Below, piece after piece: positions 30,963-40,924 of a stretch of 64,000 nucleotides of DNA (positions are counted from its first letter, which is position 1; the number at the start of each line of letters is the position of its first letter). A program made the translations under genes and the position numbers. The notes below the pieces were generated by a model. It was not told the DNA's origin. It saw nothing but the letters and a program-made list of their open reading frames with translations, and made no database searches. Origin of the DNA: Promethearchaeota archaeon (GTDB taxonomy: Archaea > Asgardarchaeota > Lokiarchaeia > Sigyniarchaeales > SOKP01); the NCBI GenBank assembly GCA_048939015.1, contig JBHLPW010000005.1, positions 52,719-116,718 of the forward strand. Direction: 5' to 3'.

Positions 30963-33041
30963 ATGCCACCAATTAATGGTGTTATCTGCAATACTTTAAC
31001 TTTTTATGATAGAGATTTGAAAATTGACCAATATTTAAACTCTCTTCTCCTTCGACATATTCTCACAAATGAAGCAAATAATCTACTTTTTTTCGGAGAT
31101 ATTGGTGATAGCGAGTTATTTTCCGAAGCAGAAAAAATAAAGTTAATCGAAATAGCCACAAAACTTACAGAAAGTAAGATTCCTTTATTTATTGGGATTT
31201 ATGGAAATGAAATAGATGAAGTAATTGATCAGATTGAAAATATTGATAAAAAATTTGATAATCTAAACTTTATGATTTCTCCTCCTATTTCCGAAAAAAA
31301 TCCTGTTGATATGGTAATTTCATATTTTGAAAATATTTTAAGTTCGATTAACCCTAAAAGCCAGATTTATTTAATAAATAATCCTTTAAAATTTTCTAAA
31401 AATGAAATAGAACCCGAAATGTTGAAAAAACTAATAGAATTTTCAAATTTGAAAGGTTTAAATGATTCATTTTATAATATCAAAAAATGCAAATCCTTCA
31501 TTCAATTCCTAAACAACGAGTTTTCTATCTTTTGTGGATTAGAAGAATATGCTCATAGTTTTTTCCAATTAGTACCTTTGAATCAGAGAAAATATACCGG
31601 AATAATTTCTAGTATTAGTAATCTGAGTAATATGTATTCAAAACTTTATAAATATGCACTGGAAGATAATATATTAGAACTTCTCCAATTACAAGAACAA
31701 ATAAATGATTTTAGGAATAAACTTTATGAAGTTAAAGGTAATCAATTCAAGGAGAAAATTGGATTAAAACATGCTTTTTTATACTTGTATAGGGATTTAA
31801 TCTCAAGTTCTACAGACATTTCAAATAATATTGATGAAATACTTGGATCTCAAATAAATTCAATAAGTAAAGAAAGAATCGAAGCGACAGTGAATTATTT
31901 ATTAAATCAGAAACTTATATATAAGTTATATTTTATTAGTAAAAAAGATCTCTACCAATTTAGCGATATTATTGATACTTTTTCAAAAATCGATGTTTTA
32001 GTTAAGCAAGGTAAAGTAAAAAAAATTAAAGGCCCTTATATCCTAGATGCTAATACAGTTTATCGAGTAAATTTTGAAAATAATCAATTAGTTTTTAGAT
32101 TTCACACGAGTCCTTATTCTCAATTTGATAATCTAATAAAAGAAAAATTATTGTATCCCTTTTTAGATAATACTCTAAATCCAAATGATACTGATTTAAG
32201 GATTAAAGTAAAAGAGATATTAAATATTAGGTCTGGTTCTTATGTATTTGCTAAAGAAAATCCGCCAATAATTCCCGTTAGTAATTTAGTTTTTTATGAT
32301 GAGACTAAAGAGACTGTACCTTACATTTTCTCTGTGCAAGATTATATTCGAGGTAAACCCCTTTTTCAACTTATAAACCAATATATTAATGAGGGGAAAA
32401 ACTTAAACACTAAAAAATTCCTTGATCTGTTTAATAACTTAGGAGATCATTTAGCTAATCTGCATGAGGTAGGCTTTGATGCCTTTTACACAAATATTAA
32501 TAATATTGGGAAAAATTTGAAGATTTCTTATATAGAAAACTTTGAAAATGAGTTAGAAGATAAAATTCAAGAAGCAAAGAGAAACAAGATAGACTTTATT
32601 ACCGATATTAAGGCTTATATTAGAGATAATAGAGCTTTAATTGAAGATGAGAGAGAATTTGTTCTACTACATAACGATTTTAAAAGTCAAAATATTATTG
32701 TGAAAGATCAATCAGGAGTCGTTAATATAAATGGCTTTGTTGATTTCGATAATTGGTGTGTGGGGAGTAGAGCTAAAGATTTCGTTAAAATTGATTATTG
32801 GATTTTAAAACCTTTAAATAATCCTTTATTTTATAACTCATTTTATAATGCTTATTCGAAATTTTATAAAATTGATTCAGAATTTAAGAAAAAAATTGAA
32901 ATTTACAAATTGCTTTGGCTCTTGGATGAATATAATCTTGAAACTGAATTAATTAGAAAATCAAATCAGTTGGATATCCTAAGAAAATCATCAATGTCTT
33001 TAGAGGGTTATATTTTTGAGATTAAAGCTATAATTCGATAA
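30963..33041 (+). CDS. Fusion of degenerate DapA/NAL-family TIM barrel (N) and APH/choline-kinase-family phosphotransferase (C)
   Basis: N part follows the DHDPS pattern (LTFYDRDLKID, EKIKLIE, IPLFIG, YFENI, LKGLNDS). C part has LANLH, LLHNDFKSQNI and FVDFD. Confidence 0.8.
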   Translation: MPPINGVICNTLTFYDRDLKIDQYLNSLLLRHILTNEANNLLFFGDIGDSELFSEAEKIKLIEIATKLTESKIPLFIGIYGNEIDEVIDQIENIDKKFDNLNFMISPPISEKNPVDMVISYFENILSSINPKSQIYLINNPLKFSKNEIEPEMLKKLIEFSNLKGLNDSFYNIKKCKSFIQFLNNEFSIFCGLEEYAHSFFQLVPLNQRKYTGIISSISNLSNMYSKLYKYALEDNILELLQLQEQINDFRNKLYEVKGNQFKEKIGLKHAFLYLYRDLISSSTDISNNIDEILGSQINSISKERIEATVNYLLNQKLIYKLYFISKKDLYQFSDIIDTFSKIDVLVKQGKVKKIKGPYILDANTVYRVNFENNQLVFRFHTSPYSQFDNLIKEKLLYPFLDNTLNPNDTDLRIKVKEILNIRSGSYVFAKENPPIIPVSNLVFYDETKETVPYIFSVQDYIRGKPLFQLINQYINEGKNLNTKKFLDLFNNLGDHLANLHEVGFDAFYTNINNIGKNLKISYIENFENELEDKIQEAKRNKIDFITDIKAYIRDNRALIEDEREFVLLHNDFKSQNIIVKDQSGVVNINGFVDFDNWCVGSRAKDFVKIDYWILKPLNNPLFYNSFYNAYSKFYKIDSEFKKKIEIYKLLWLLDEYNLETELIRKSNQLDILRKSSMSLEGYIFEIKAIIR

Positions 33042-33073
33042 TTATTTTATGACCGTGTTTGGAGTAAATATAG

Positions 33074-33991
33074 ATGTCAAATTTTAAAAAAGAATTAAAT
33101 TTAGCAGTGAATCTGGTAGATAAAGCAAGAAAGATTACAGAATGGTTTAGAAAAAAAGGTTTTACATCGTTTTCGAAGTCCGATCATTCACCTGTTACAT
33201 TAGCGGATTTTGCTTCTCAAATCTATATTATTTCCCAATTAAAGCAAAATTTTCCAAATGATGAAATTATAGCAGAAGAAGAAAATACTGAATTGATAGA
33301 TACAACGGCAGAAAATCTAATTAGAAAATGTCTCATTGATTTAAAATTAGAAAAATTAGAAAATTTAAAAGAAAATCTTAAATTTCGTGGAAAATCTTCT
33401 AATCGTCAATGGACGATTGATCCAATTGATGGGACAATCGGATACCAAAAAAACTTGACTTACGCCATAGGCGTAGGATTTATGTTAAATTCAATCCCAA
33501 AAGTTTGTGCTATTGCCGTACCAAATTATAGCAAAAGATCGTTAGCAATTTTTAGGGCTGAGGAAAGTCAAGGCGCTCAAATATCATATAATAATAAAGA
33601 CTTTAAATCAATTTTTATCAGTCAAAATGAAGATTTGCCAAATATTCGATTATGTCACTCTTTACATTATGATCAACCTTGGGTCCTAAATTTTGCAAAG
33701 AAAATCGGAATTAAGAACTTCATTCAAATTGATAGTATGGCAAAATTTTGTATGGTAGCTGATGGTACTGCTGATCTTTACATTAAACCATTAGACATAG
33801 ACCGCTCATTCACATGGGATTTTATGCCTGGAGATTTAATTGTAAGAGAAGCAGGAGGGATCGTCACAGATTTAAATGGAGAACGAATAAAATTTAAAAA
33901 AGAAAAATGTATATGGAGTGCCCCAGGTATTATTGCTTCAAATGGCATTTTTCATAAAAAAATAGTAGATTTATACAAACAGTATCATTAG
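33074..33991 (+). CDS. Inositol-monophosphatase-family phosphatase, HAL2/SAL1-like 3'(2'),5'-bisphosphate nucleotidase
   Basis: KSDHSPVTLADFASQ, IAEE, WTIDPIDGT, IDSMAKF, WD...EAGGIVTD. Confidence 0.85.
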   Translation: MSNFKKELNLAVNLVDKARKITEWFRKKGFTSFSKSDHSPVTLADFASQIYIISQLKQNFPNDEIIAEEENTELIDTTAENLIRKCLIDLKLEKLENLKENLKFRGKSSNRQWTIDPIDGTIGYQKNLTYAIGVGFMLNSIPKVCAIAVPNYSKRSLAIFRAEESQGAQISYNNKDFKSIFISQNEDLPNIRLCHSLHYDQPWVLNFAKKIGIKNFIQIDSMAKFCMVADGTADLYIKPLDIDRSFTWDFMPGDLIVREAGGIVTDLNGERIKFKKEKCIWSAPGIIASNGIFHKKIVDLYKQYH

Positions 33992-34004
33992 AATAAGAAA
34001 TTAA

Positions 34005-35093
34005 TCAGATGAGTGCATATTTTGCTAAATTTGTCTGTCTTGTTTTTGGATTTCTTTCAAAATTTGATAACTTAATCCCTACAAGCCTTATTTTTTTTTT
34101 ACTATTAGAAAATTCGCGAAATAATTCCAATGTAATATCTAAAACAAAATCTTTATCTTGAATATGAAAAGGAAGAGTTTTAGAACGAGTAAACGTTTGA
34201 AAGCCTTCAAATCTGATCTTTAATGTAACCGTCTTGTAAGTAATCTGATGTTTTATAACGGATTTGTGAATACTTTCATTAATTTCTTCAATTCTTGACA
34301 AAATGTCATTAAAATTATCAGTATCTGAGTAAAAAGTTCTTTCAGCACTTATAGATTTCCTATCTACATGAAATTCTTTTACCTGACGGTTATCTAGTCC
34401 ATTCACAATTTTCCAAATCCAACTTCCATGCTTACCAAATAAATCCATTATTGTTGGTAAAGGTGTAGAAATGATATCTCCAATTTTCCTTATTCCATTT
34501 TTACAATAATATACTTTTGATTTTTTTCCAATACCTGGAATGCGAGTAATATCCATATCTTTTAAAAATTCATGTATCTTATCAGGTTTAACAATTGTAA
34601 TACCATTAGGTTTATTTTCATCAGAAGCGATTTTAGCTAAAGATTTCGTCGGTGCAATACCTATTGAAATTGTAATACCAATTTTCATTATAATTTCCTT
34701 TTGGATTTCTCTTGCGATTATTTCCGCTTCTTCAAAATATTTAGTAATTTCCGTTAATTCTAAGTATGCCTCATCTGTTCCAACTTTCTGGAAAACATTG
34801 CTATATTTTTTTAGTATTTCCATTACTTCATTAGAAACTTTATAATATTTATTACCATTTGGTTTTAGATAAATTCCATGAGGACATCTTCTATATGCCT
34901 GAGATATAGGCATTGCAGAGTGTAAACCATACTTTCTAGCTTCATAATTACAGGTTGATATCACACCTCTTCCCTTACCTTCCTTTGGATCCGCTCCTAT
35001 TATAACAGGTTTACCTTTTAAATGCGGATTATCTCTTATTTCTACTGCCGCAAAAAAGCAATCAAGATCACAGTGTAATATAATACGACTCAT
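34005..35093 (-). CDS. dinB: Y-family DNA polymerase IV (DinB/Dpo4)
   Basis: HCDLDCFFAAVE, CNYEARKYG, DEAY, AKIASD..KPNG, RLVGI; PIP-like QTNLAKY tail. Confidence 0.96.
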   Translation of the reverse strand: MSRIILHCDLDCFFAAVEIRDNPHLKGKPVIIGADPKEGKGRGVISTCNYEARKYGLHSAMPISQAYRRCPHGIYLKPNGNKYYKVSNEVMEILKKYSNVFQKVGTDEAYLELTEITKYFEEAEIIAREIQKEIIMKIGITISIGIAPTKSLAKIASDENKPNGITIVKPDKIHEFLKDMDITRIPGIGKKSKVYYCKNGIRKIGDIISTPLPTIMDLFGKHGSWIWKIVNGLDNRQVKEFHVDRKSISAERTFYSDTDNFNDILSRIEEINESIHKSVIKHQITYKTVTLKIRFEGFQTFTRSKTLPFHIQDKDFVLDITLELFREFSNSKKKIRLVGIKLSNFERNPKTRQTNLAKYALI

Positions 35094-35331
35094 AATTTAA
35101 GGAAATGAAGATAAAAGAAATAATAACCAAAATCAAATATATTATTTCAATGAAGACTATACAGTAAAAGAGTTATACTATATTAAAAAATGAAAGAGAA
35201 TGTGGAATTATTGAACTTTTATTCCCTTAGCTTTTAAGTATTTAAAGCAAATTTTCTTAAATAGAAATATCTAATTATTTTTTTTTATAATTAAATTAAT
35301 AAGAATTAAATTTAATCTTAAATGATAGACT

Positions 35332-38300
35332 ATGTCTGATCTCGAACTTTTAGAGGAATATAAAGGTGCATTTACAGATTTAATAAAATCTGGAAAAGGA
35401 TATACTTATTTAGTGGGAGCAGGTATTTCAATGGATCCACCCTCAAGTATCCCATCTGCAAGGGAAATAGTGAGAGCTATGTTAGAATTATGTGCTCCTA
35501 TGGAAGAAATTGATAATCTATTATCATTGAGAACACTGCGTTATGAAATGATGATTGAAAAGATAAAAAATACCGTTGATAAAGACCTGCATTTTTTGGA
35601 TTATCTGGAACTTATTGACCAACCTAATTACATTCATTATTATTTAGCAAATGCTGTAGTAAAGAGACATGATTACGTTGTTACAACAAATTTTGACTTT
35701 ATGATTGAAAGAGCCCTTCAAAATGTAATCCGTGCTGAAAAACAGAATGACATTCTTCCGGTTATTACTCGGGAAGATTTTAATACTAAATATAGACCGC
35801 ATGATCTTTTTAATGAAGAAAAATACCCCCTCTACAAAATCCATGGATCTAAGCGAGATATAATTACGGGAAAAGATACAAAAGAATCCTTAATTACAAC
35901 TATGGGTGCACTGGGTAAGGATCGAGAAGTCCAAGAAACTTTTGCTCTGGAAACTTATAAGAAACAAGCGGTTTATAATTTAATGAAAGATCAAACACTT
36001 ATTGTGATGGGATATTCGGGGTCTGATGATTTTGATATAGGACCTACGTTAAAAACCATAACTTATCTTGATAAATTGATTTGGATTGAACATAGTCAAG
36101 ATGAAAAAATATTAAAAATAAATAAAAATCTCTCAGGAAAGAAATTAGAATCATTTTCTCATTCAGAACAATTGCTAATTGAAATTGCTACACAAGCTGA
36201 TTTCGATGTTTATATAATAAGAATTAATACAAGTAAGTTTGCAAAGGAAATCCTTTGGCAGCTTTTATTAAGTGAAATTTCAATCCCTGCTATAGATATT
36301 ACAACTAAAAAAGAAATACCAGAATTTAAAGGATGGGTTCAGGATGAGTTTAAAGATGTTAATATTACGGAAGTAAGAAAATATATGATTTCCTGTAGTA
36401 TCTATAATGAATTAAGTCTAAGCAATGAGTGCTATTTAAATGCTGAAAAGGGTTTAGAATTAGCGAAATTAGCACAAGATATTGATTCACAGACCTTCTT
36501 TTTAAATTATCTTGGCAGTAATAAACTTAAAAAAGGTGAACTTGAAGAGGCTGAGAACTATTTCAAGGAATCCCTGAAACTTTCAGAAGAATTAGAAAAT
36601 CCATTGAAAAAGGCTATTGCATTATCAAATCTCGGACAATTAATCATGAGAAAAAATGAATTAAGACTTGATTTCAATCCAAAGGAAGCTCTTGAGACAA
36701 TGCTAGAAGCATTGACGCTTTTTGATAAACAGAGAGATAGCATTGGAAAACTAGCATGTCTCAATAACATTGCCGAGGCTTATCTTTGGGAGGGCTCATA
36801 TGAACAAGCTTTACAAGATTTAATGACGGCACTTACATTAGTAATGGATATAGGAAATTTAGAGATTAAAGCAACTATTTCAAACAATGTTGGATGGATT
36901 ACAAGTAGGATCTTATTAGAAGATAGTCTTAAAGTTTCTATGGAAAAGTTTAATGATGCATCAAATATTAGAGAACAAATGGGAGATTTGAGCGGATTGG
37001 CAAATTGTTTACGAAATATTGGAGATTTGAATTTTAACTTTTATAATTACGATCAAGCATATGATTACTATACAAAAGAATTAGAGCTAAGAATCTCATT
37101 AGGAGATATAAAAGCAGAAGCAATGGCTCTTTTATCCATTGGTTGGGTTTATTATAGACAAGGAAACCTTAGTAAAGCTTCTAACTCATTTCAAAAAGCA
37201 TTAGAGATTAATAGAAAATTGAACGATAATCTGTATATTGCCTATAATACATCCTCATTAGGGTATATTACTTATTTACAGGGTGAATTAAATACATCTA
37301 TTGATTTTTTCAGAGAATCTCTGCAAATCTATTCGGATTTAAAGATTAAAGCAAAATTAAAAGAAATAGAAACATATATCGATGTTCTAGAATTAATTAT
37401 TAAATCTCTTAGAACTTCTAAAGACCAAAAAGATATGTTAATTGATCTTCTACCCCTTGTTGTTAAGGATATTGAAGATATTGGGGAACAACAAAAGGTT
37501 TTAGAAACAGAAGTTTGTAAAAAAAAAAGCCCAATGGACATGTTAAACCAATCTCTTTATTTTATTTATGATGGAATACTATACGCTTTAAGAGACGACA
37601 TTCAAAAAGCTAAAGAAAAGATTGAGGGTGGGTTATATTCAGCATATATTTCGGGAAATATGGAAGATGTTTTTCCCTTATTTAAGGGAATAATTGATTC
37701 CGGTCTATTAATAAGACCTTTAAATCTCGAAAGAACTAGGTTTGATTATGTTTATCGAGATGATAATATCTTATCCCCAGAAGAAGCAGAATGGCTCCAT
37801 AGCAGTTATTCAAGGAATAGGCTAACTGTAGCTCATAATTTATTCGAAGAAGCATATATGGATTCTCAAATCGGTAATACACAATCTGCAATAGAAAAGT
37901 TTGAAGAAGCCAGAGAAATTTATGAAGAGTTCGATGAAATTGAGTTTATAAACACAATTGATAATTATGTCACTACTATAAAAATGATATCAGGAGAACT
38001 TGATGATTCCGATGAAAGTTTGAATCAACAACTATTTAAACAAGTAAAATCAACCATCGATATTGGTAATAAACAAGCTACTGAGGAAGACTTGGTAGGA
38101 CTAAAGCATAACATAAAAGTTGCCTCTCAAATGAAAGATAGATTAGAAAATTTAAGACATCAGGATGATACATATAATCAGCTTTATAATATGCTTGGAG
38201 ATTTTATATATAATAATGAGGCAAAAGTGGCTGATGTTGACGAGGAGGATATTTCCTATAAGGGAACACATGAATTTACTAAAGTAGCTGATGATCTAGT

Positions 38301-40839
38301 TAGACAAGAAGCTTCACGAAAAGACAAAGCACGGGAGCTATTTGAGTCCATTGGAGTTGATGATAAGAATGCTGGAATCGACCTTACTAATATGGGTACT
38401 ATTATTGACGATAGAGAGAAATTTATTCATGAACATTCAGAAGACTGGTTACTAACACTGAATAAATTAACAGTTATGGCAAACTTAGATGGATCGATGG
38501 GAAAAATCAATGAGAAAGTAGAAACAATGATATTCATAGGTAAATATTTCCAAAGTGCAAATGAATTAGAAGCAGCATTATCTAAATATGAAGAATGTTT
38601 AAAAAATGCTCAAACAATTGGCAATCAAGAATTACAGGCTAAGAGTTTAACGCGTATCGGTAATGTGTTATTTTTTCAAGGAAAATATGAAGAATCACTA
38701 GATAACTATGAAAAATCTTTGAGAATCTTTGAAGAAATAAAGAAGGAAGAAGAAAGAATCGAACCCCTCAATTTTATTGGTCAAATATATGCTCAAAGGG
38801 GTGATTTAGAAAGGGCTTTCAAACGATTAAATGAGGCTATTGAAATAGATGCTACTGATAAGGAAATTATTGCACATAAAGCTGATTCTTTTGCGCGTTT
38901 AGGGGAATTATATAAAAAGCAAAATAATTTTCTCGAAGCATATGACAATTTTTCTTTAGCATTGAAAATATATGAAGAATTAGACGAAAAGGAACAAATG
39001 CGAGCACCACTTCATTATCATCTCGCCCTTTTAGATAAAAGTATTAATGATGTGGAAATGGCACTTATCAACTTTGAAGAAGCATTATCTATATATCAAG
39101 AAATTAACTTTCTCGATTATGTACCCAAGATTCAAGAAGAAATTAATATCTTAAAAACAAGGCTTTCTAATCCAGAAACCAAAGGAGAAGATAAAGCTAA
39201 ACTTGCGTTTAATTGTGCAAAATTATACTTATATGATGATGCCTTGGTGGCTTCAAATCAAGCGATTGAGATTTTTACTTCACTAGGAAAGTTGCCCGAA
39301 AAAGCACAGATACTTCAACTTTCGGGAGAGATTAATGACGCCCTAGGTGAAATTGAAGAAGCTAAATACCTCTTAAATGAAGCTCTTATAATTTATAATC
39401 AAATCGTAAATAATGATAAGATCGAACAAATAAAAGGTTTCTTAGACAAGATAAACGGACTTATGGCAGATCCTGAATATATGATTGAATATCTTAATAA
39501 AAAGGCCCAATCACTCCTTAATGAGGGTAAAGAATCTGAAGCACTTCTAAAATATCACTATCTACTGAATTTTTATGATCAAGTAGAAGATTTACTAGGA
39601 AAGGCAACATGCCTCCGTAGTATAGCAGATATTCATTACAACAGACAAGAAAAGACTGAAGCTCTGGAAAATTATCTCGCATGTATAGAAATATTTGAGA
39701 AGATTAATAAAGATACAGAAACTATTACTCCACTCACAAATGCTGGTTATATTTATGAACAACTATTCAAATATGAGAAGTCTTTGGAATGTCACCAAAA
39801 AGTTCTAAGTATAACTCGAAAGGCAAATAATCTATTTGGATCAGGTGTAGCTTTAACAGAAATAGCACGAATTTTACAAATACAACAAAAGTTGGATAAA
39901 GCCCTAGATTTATATAAGGAATCCTTAGAAATTTTCGAAGAAATGAAAAATGACAATAATATAGCTTATATATTAAGTAGATTAGGTGTAATTTATGATA
40001 CTCAAGGAAAATTTAATGATGCATTAGATGTATTGGAACAATCACGTGCTTTATATGAAGAGTTAGATAATAAACTTGCGCTAGGGGGAGTATATAATTC
40101 GTTGGCAAATATTTATGAAAGTTTGGGAAAGTTAGATGATGCTCTAACAAATTATAATAATGCCTTGAAAAACTCAGAAGAAGTCAATGATGTTGCTGGC
40201 AAAGCCGCATTATTATTTAATATTGGCCTAATCTATAAATCAAAAGAAGAGTATACCACCGCATTAGAACATTATGATGAAGCAATGGCTATTGCTGAAG
40301 AACTTAATATCCCGCAATATAAAGCGCCCTTCTTTATGGGGATGGGAGAAATTGATAAAAAATTGGGTCATTTAGATACCGCTCTGGAAAAATTCAATAA
40401 AAGTTTAGAAATTTATGAACTTATAGGAGATTCTGAAGGAATTATTGAATCTTTCAATAGTATAGGAAAAATATTTTTGAAAAAAGGAAACTTAAATTCA
40501 GCAGAAGAATCATTAAAAAAGGCATTTAAATTGGCTGAAAACATAGATAGTATCAAGAAGAAAGCATATTGTCGTAGTGCTATTGGAGATCTATATCGCT
40601 ATCAAAACGAAATTCAAAAAGCATTAGACATGTATCAAGAAGCATTGAATATTTTTGAACAACTCGAAATGAAAGACCCTATTGCTTCTACCCTTAGAAA
40701 AATCGGAAAAGGTTATTTCAAATTAGGTAATAAAACAAAATACAAGGAATGTATGCAAAAAGCAAGTGATTTATATGCAGAAATAGGATTAGAGAAAAAA
40801 GTGAAACATATCCAACAAGAGTTAAATTCTAATTCTTAA
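35332..40839 (+). CDS. Large SIR2-like (SIR2_2) domain plus multi-TPR protein
   Basis: LVGAGIS, PNYIH, TTNFD, YKIHGS and GYSGSDDFDI in the first ~260 aa, followed by two long arrays of ~40-aa TPR-like repeats. Confidence 0.9.
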   Translation: MSDLELLEEYKGAFTDLIKSGKGYTYLVGAGISMDPPSSIPSAREIVRAMLELCAPMEEIDNLLSLRTLRYEMMIEKIKNTVDKDLHFLDYLELIDQPNYIHYYLANAVVKRHDYVVTTNFDFMIERALQNVIRAEKQNDILPVITREDFNTKYRPHDLFNEEKYPLYKIHGSKRDIITGKDTKESLITTMGALGKDREVQETFALETYKKQAVYNLMKDQTLIVMGYSGSDDFDIGPTLKTITYLDKLIWIEHSQDEKILKINKNLSGKKLESFSHSEQLLIEIATQADFDVYIIRINTSKFAKEILWQLLLSEISIPAIDITTKKEIPEFKGWVQDEFKDVNITEVRKYMISCSIYNELSLSNECYLNAEKGLELAKLAQDIDSQTFFLNYLGSNKLKKGELEEAENYFKESLKLSEELENPLKKAIALSNLGQLIMRKNELRLDFNPKEALETMLEALTLFDKQRDSIGKLACLNNIAEAYLWEGSYEQALQDLMTALTLVMDIGNLEIKATISNNVGWITSRILLEDSLKVSMEKFNDASNIREQMGDLSGLANCLRNIGDLNFNFYNYDQAYDYYTKELELRISLGDIKAEAMALLSIGWVYYRQGNLSKASNSFQKALEINRKLNDNLYIAYNTSSLGYITYLQGELNTSIDFFRESLQIYSDLKIKAKLKEIETYIDVLELIIKSLRTSKDQKDMLIDLLPLVVKDIEDIGEQQKVLETEVCKKKSPMDMLNQSLYFIYDGILYALRDDIQKAKEKIEGGLYSAYISGNMEDVFPLFKGIIDSGLLIRPLNLERTRFDYVYRDDNILSPEEAEWLHSSYSRNRLTVAHNLFEEAYMDSQIGNTQSAIEKFEEAREIYEEFDEIEFINTIDNYVTTIKMISGELDDSDESLNQQLFKQVKSTIDIGNKQATEEDLVGLKHNIKVASQMKDRLENLRHQDDTYNQLYNMLGDFIYNNEAKVADVDEEDISYKGTHEFTKVADDLVRQEASRKDKARELFESIGVDDKNAGIDLTNMGTIIDDREKFIHEHSEDWLLTLNKLTVMANLDGSMGKINEKVETMIFIGKYFQSANELEAALSKYEECLKNAQTIGNQELQAKSLTRIGNVLFFQGKYEESLDNYEKSLRIFEEIKKEEERIEPLNFIGQIYAQRGDLERAFKRLNEAIEIDATDKEIIAHKADSFARLGELYKKQNNFLEAYDNFSLALKIYEELDEKEQMRAPLHYHLALLDKSINDVEMALINFEEALSIYQEINFLDYVPKIQEEINILKTRLSNPETKGEDKAKLAFNCAKLYLYDDALVASNQAIEIFTSLGKLPEKAQILQLSGEINDALGEIEEAKYLLNEALIIYNQIVNNDKIEQIKGFLDKINGLMADPEYMIEYLNKKAQSLLNEGKESEALLKYHYLLNFYDQVEDLLGKATCLRSIADIHYNRQEKTEALENYLACIEIFEKINKDTETITPLTNAGYIYEQLFKYEKSLECHQKVLSITRKANNLFGSGVALTEIARILQIQQKLDKALDLYKESLEIFEEMKNDNNIAYILSRLGVIYDTQGKFNDALDVLEQSRALYEELDNKLALGGVYNSLANIYESLGKLDDALTNYNNALKNSEEVNDVAGKAALLFNIGLIYKSKEEYTTALEHYDEAMAIAEELNIPQYKAPFFMGMGEIDKKLGHLDTALEKFNKSLEIYELIGDSEGIIESFNSIGKIFLKKGNLNSAEESLKKAFKLAENIDSIKKKAYCRSAIGDLYRYQNEIQKALDMYQEALNIFEQLEMKDPIASTLRKIGKGYFKLGNKTKYKECMQKASDLYAEIGLEKKVKHIQQELNSNS

Positions 40840-40846
40840 TAGTCTC

Positions 40847-40854
40847 TTTTTTTT
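40847..40854 (+). terminator. Oligo-T archaeal terminator candidate after the SIR2-TPR gene
   Basis: T8 run shortly after the stop, with further T-tracts downstream. Confidence 0.45.
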
Positions 40855-40924
40855 ACAGTTTATTTTTTGTAATTATAGTAAGAAAATTCATAAAAAATTT
40901 AACAACACCTTTATTTTACTTCTT

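Noticed and set aside
13311-40839. SIR2 plus HerA as a Sir2-HerA (Nezha-type) defence system
   Set aside because: The genes are about 20 kb apart with housekeeping genes in between; that system is a tight two-gene operon with a short SIR2 protein.
35332-40839. Avs/STAND-type NLR-like protein
   Set aside because: No Walker A/B NTPase module is visible between the SIR2 and TPR regions.
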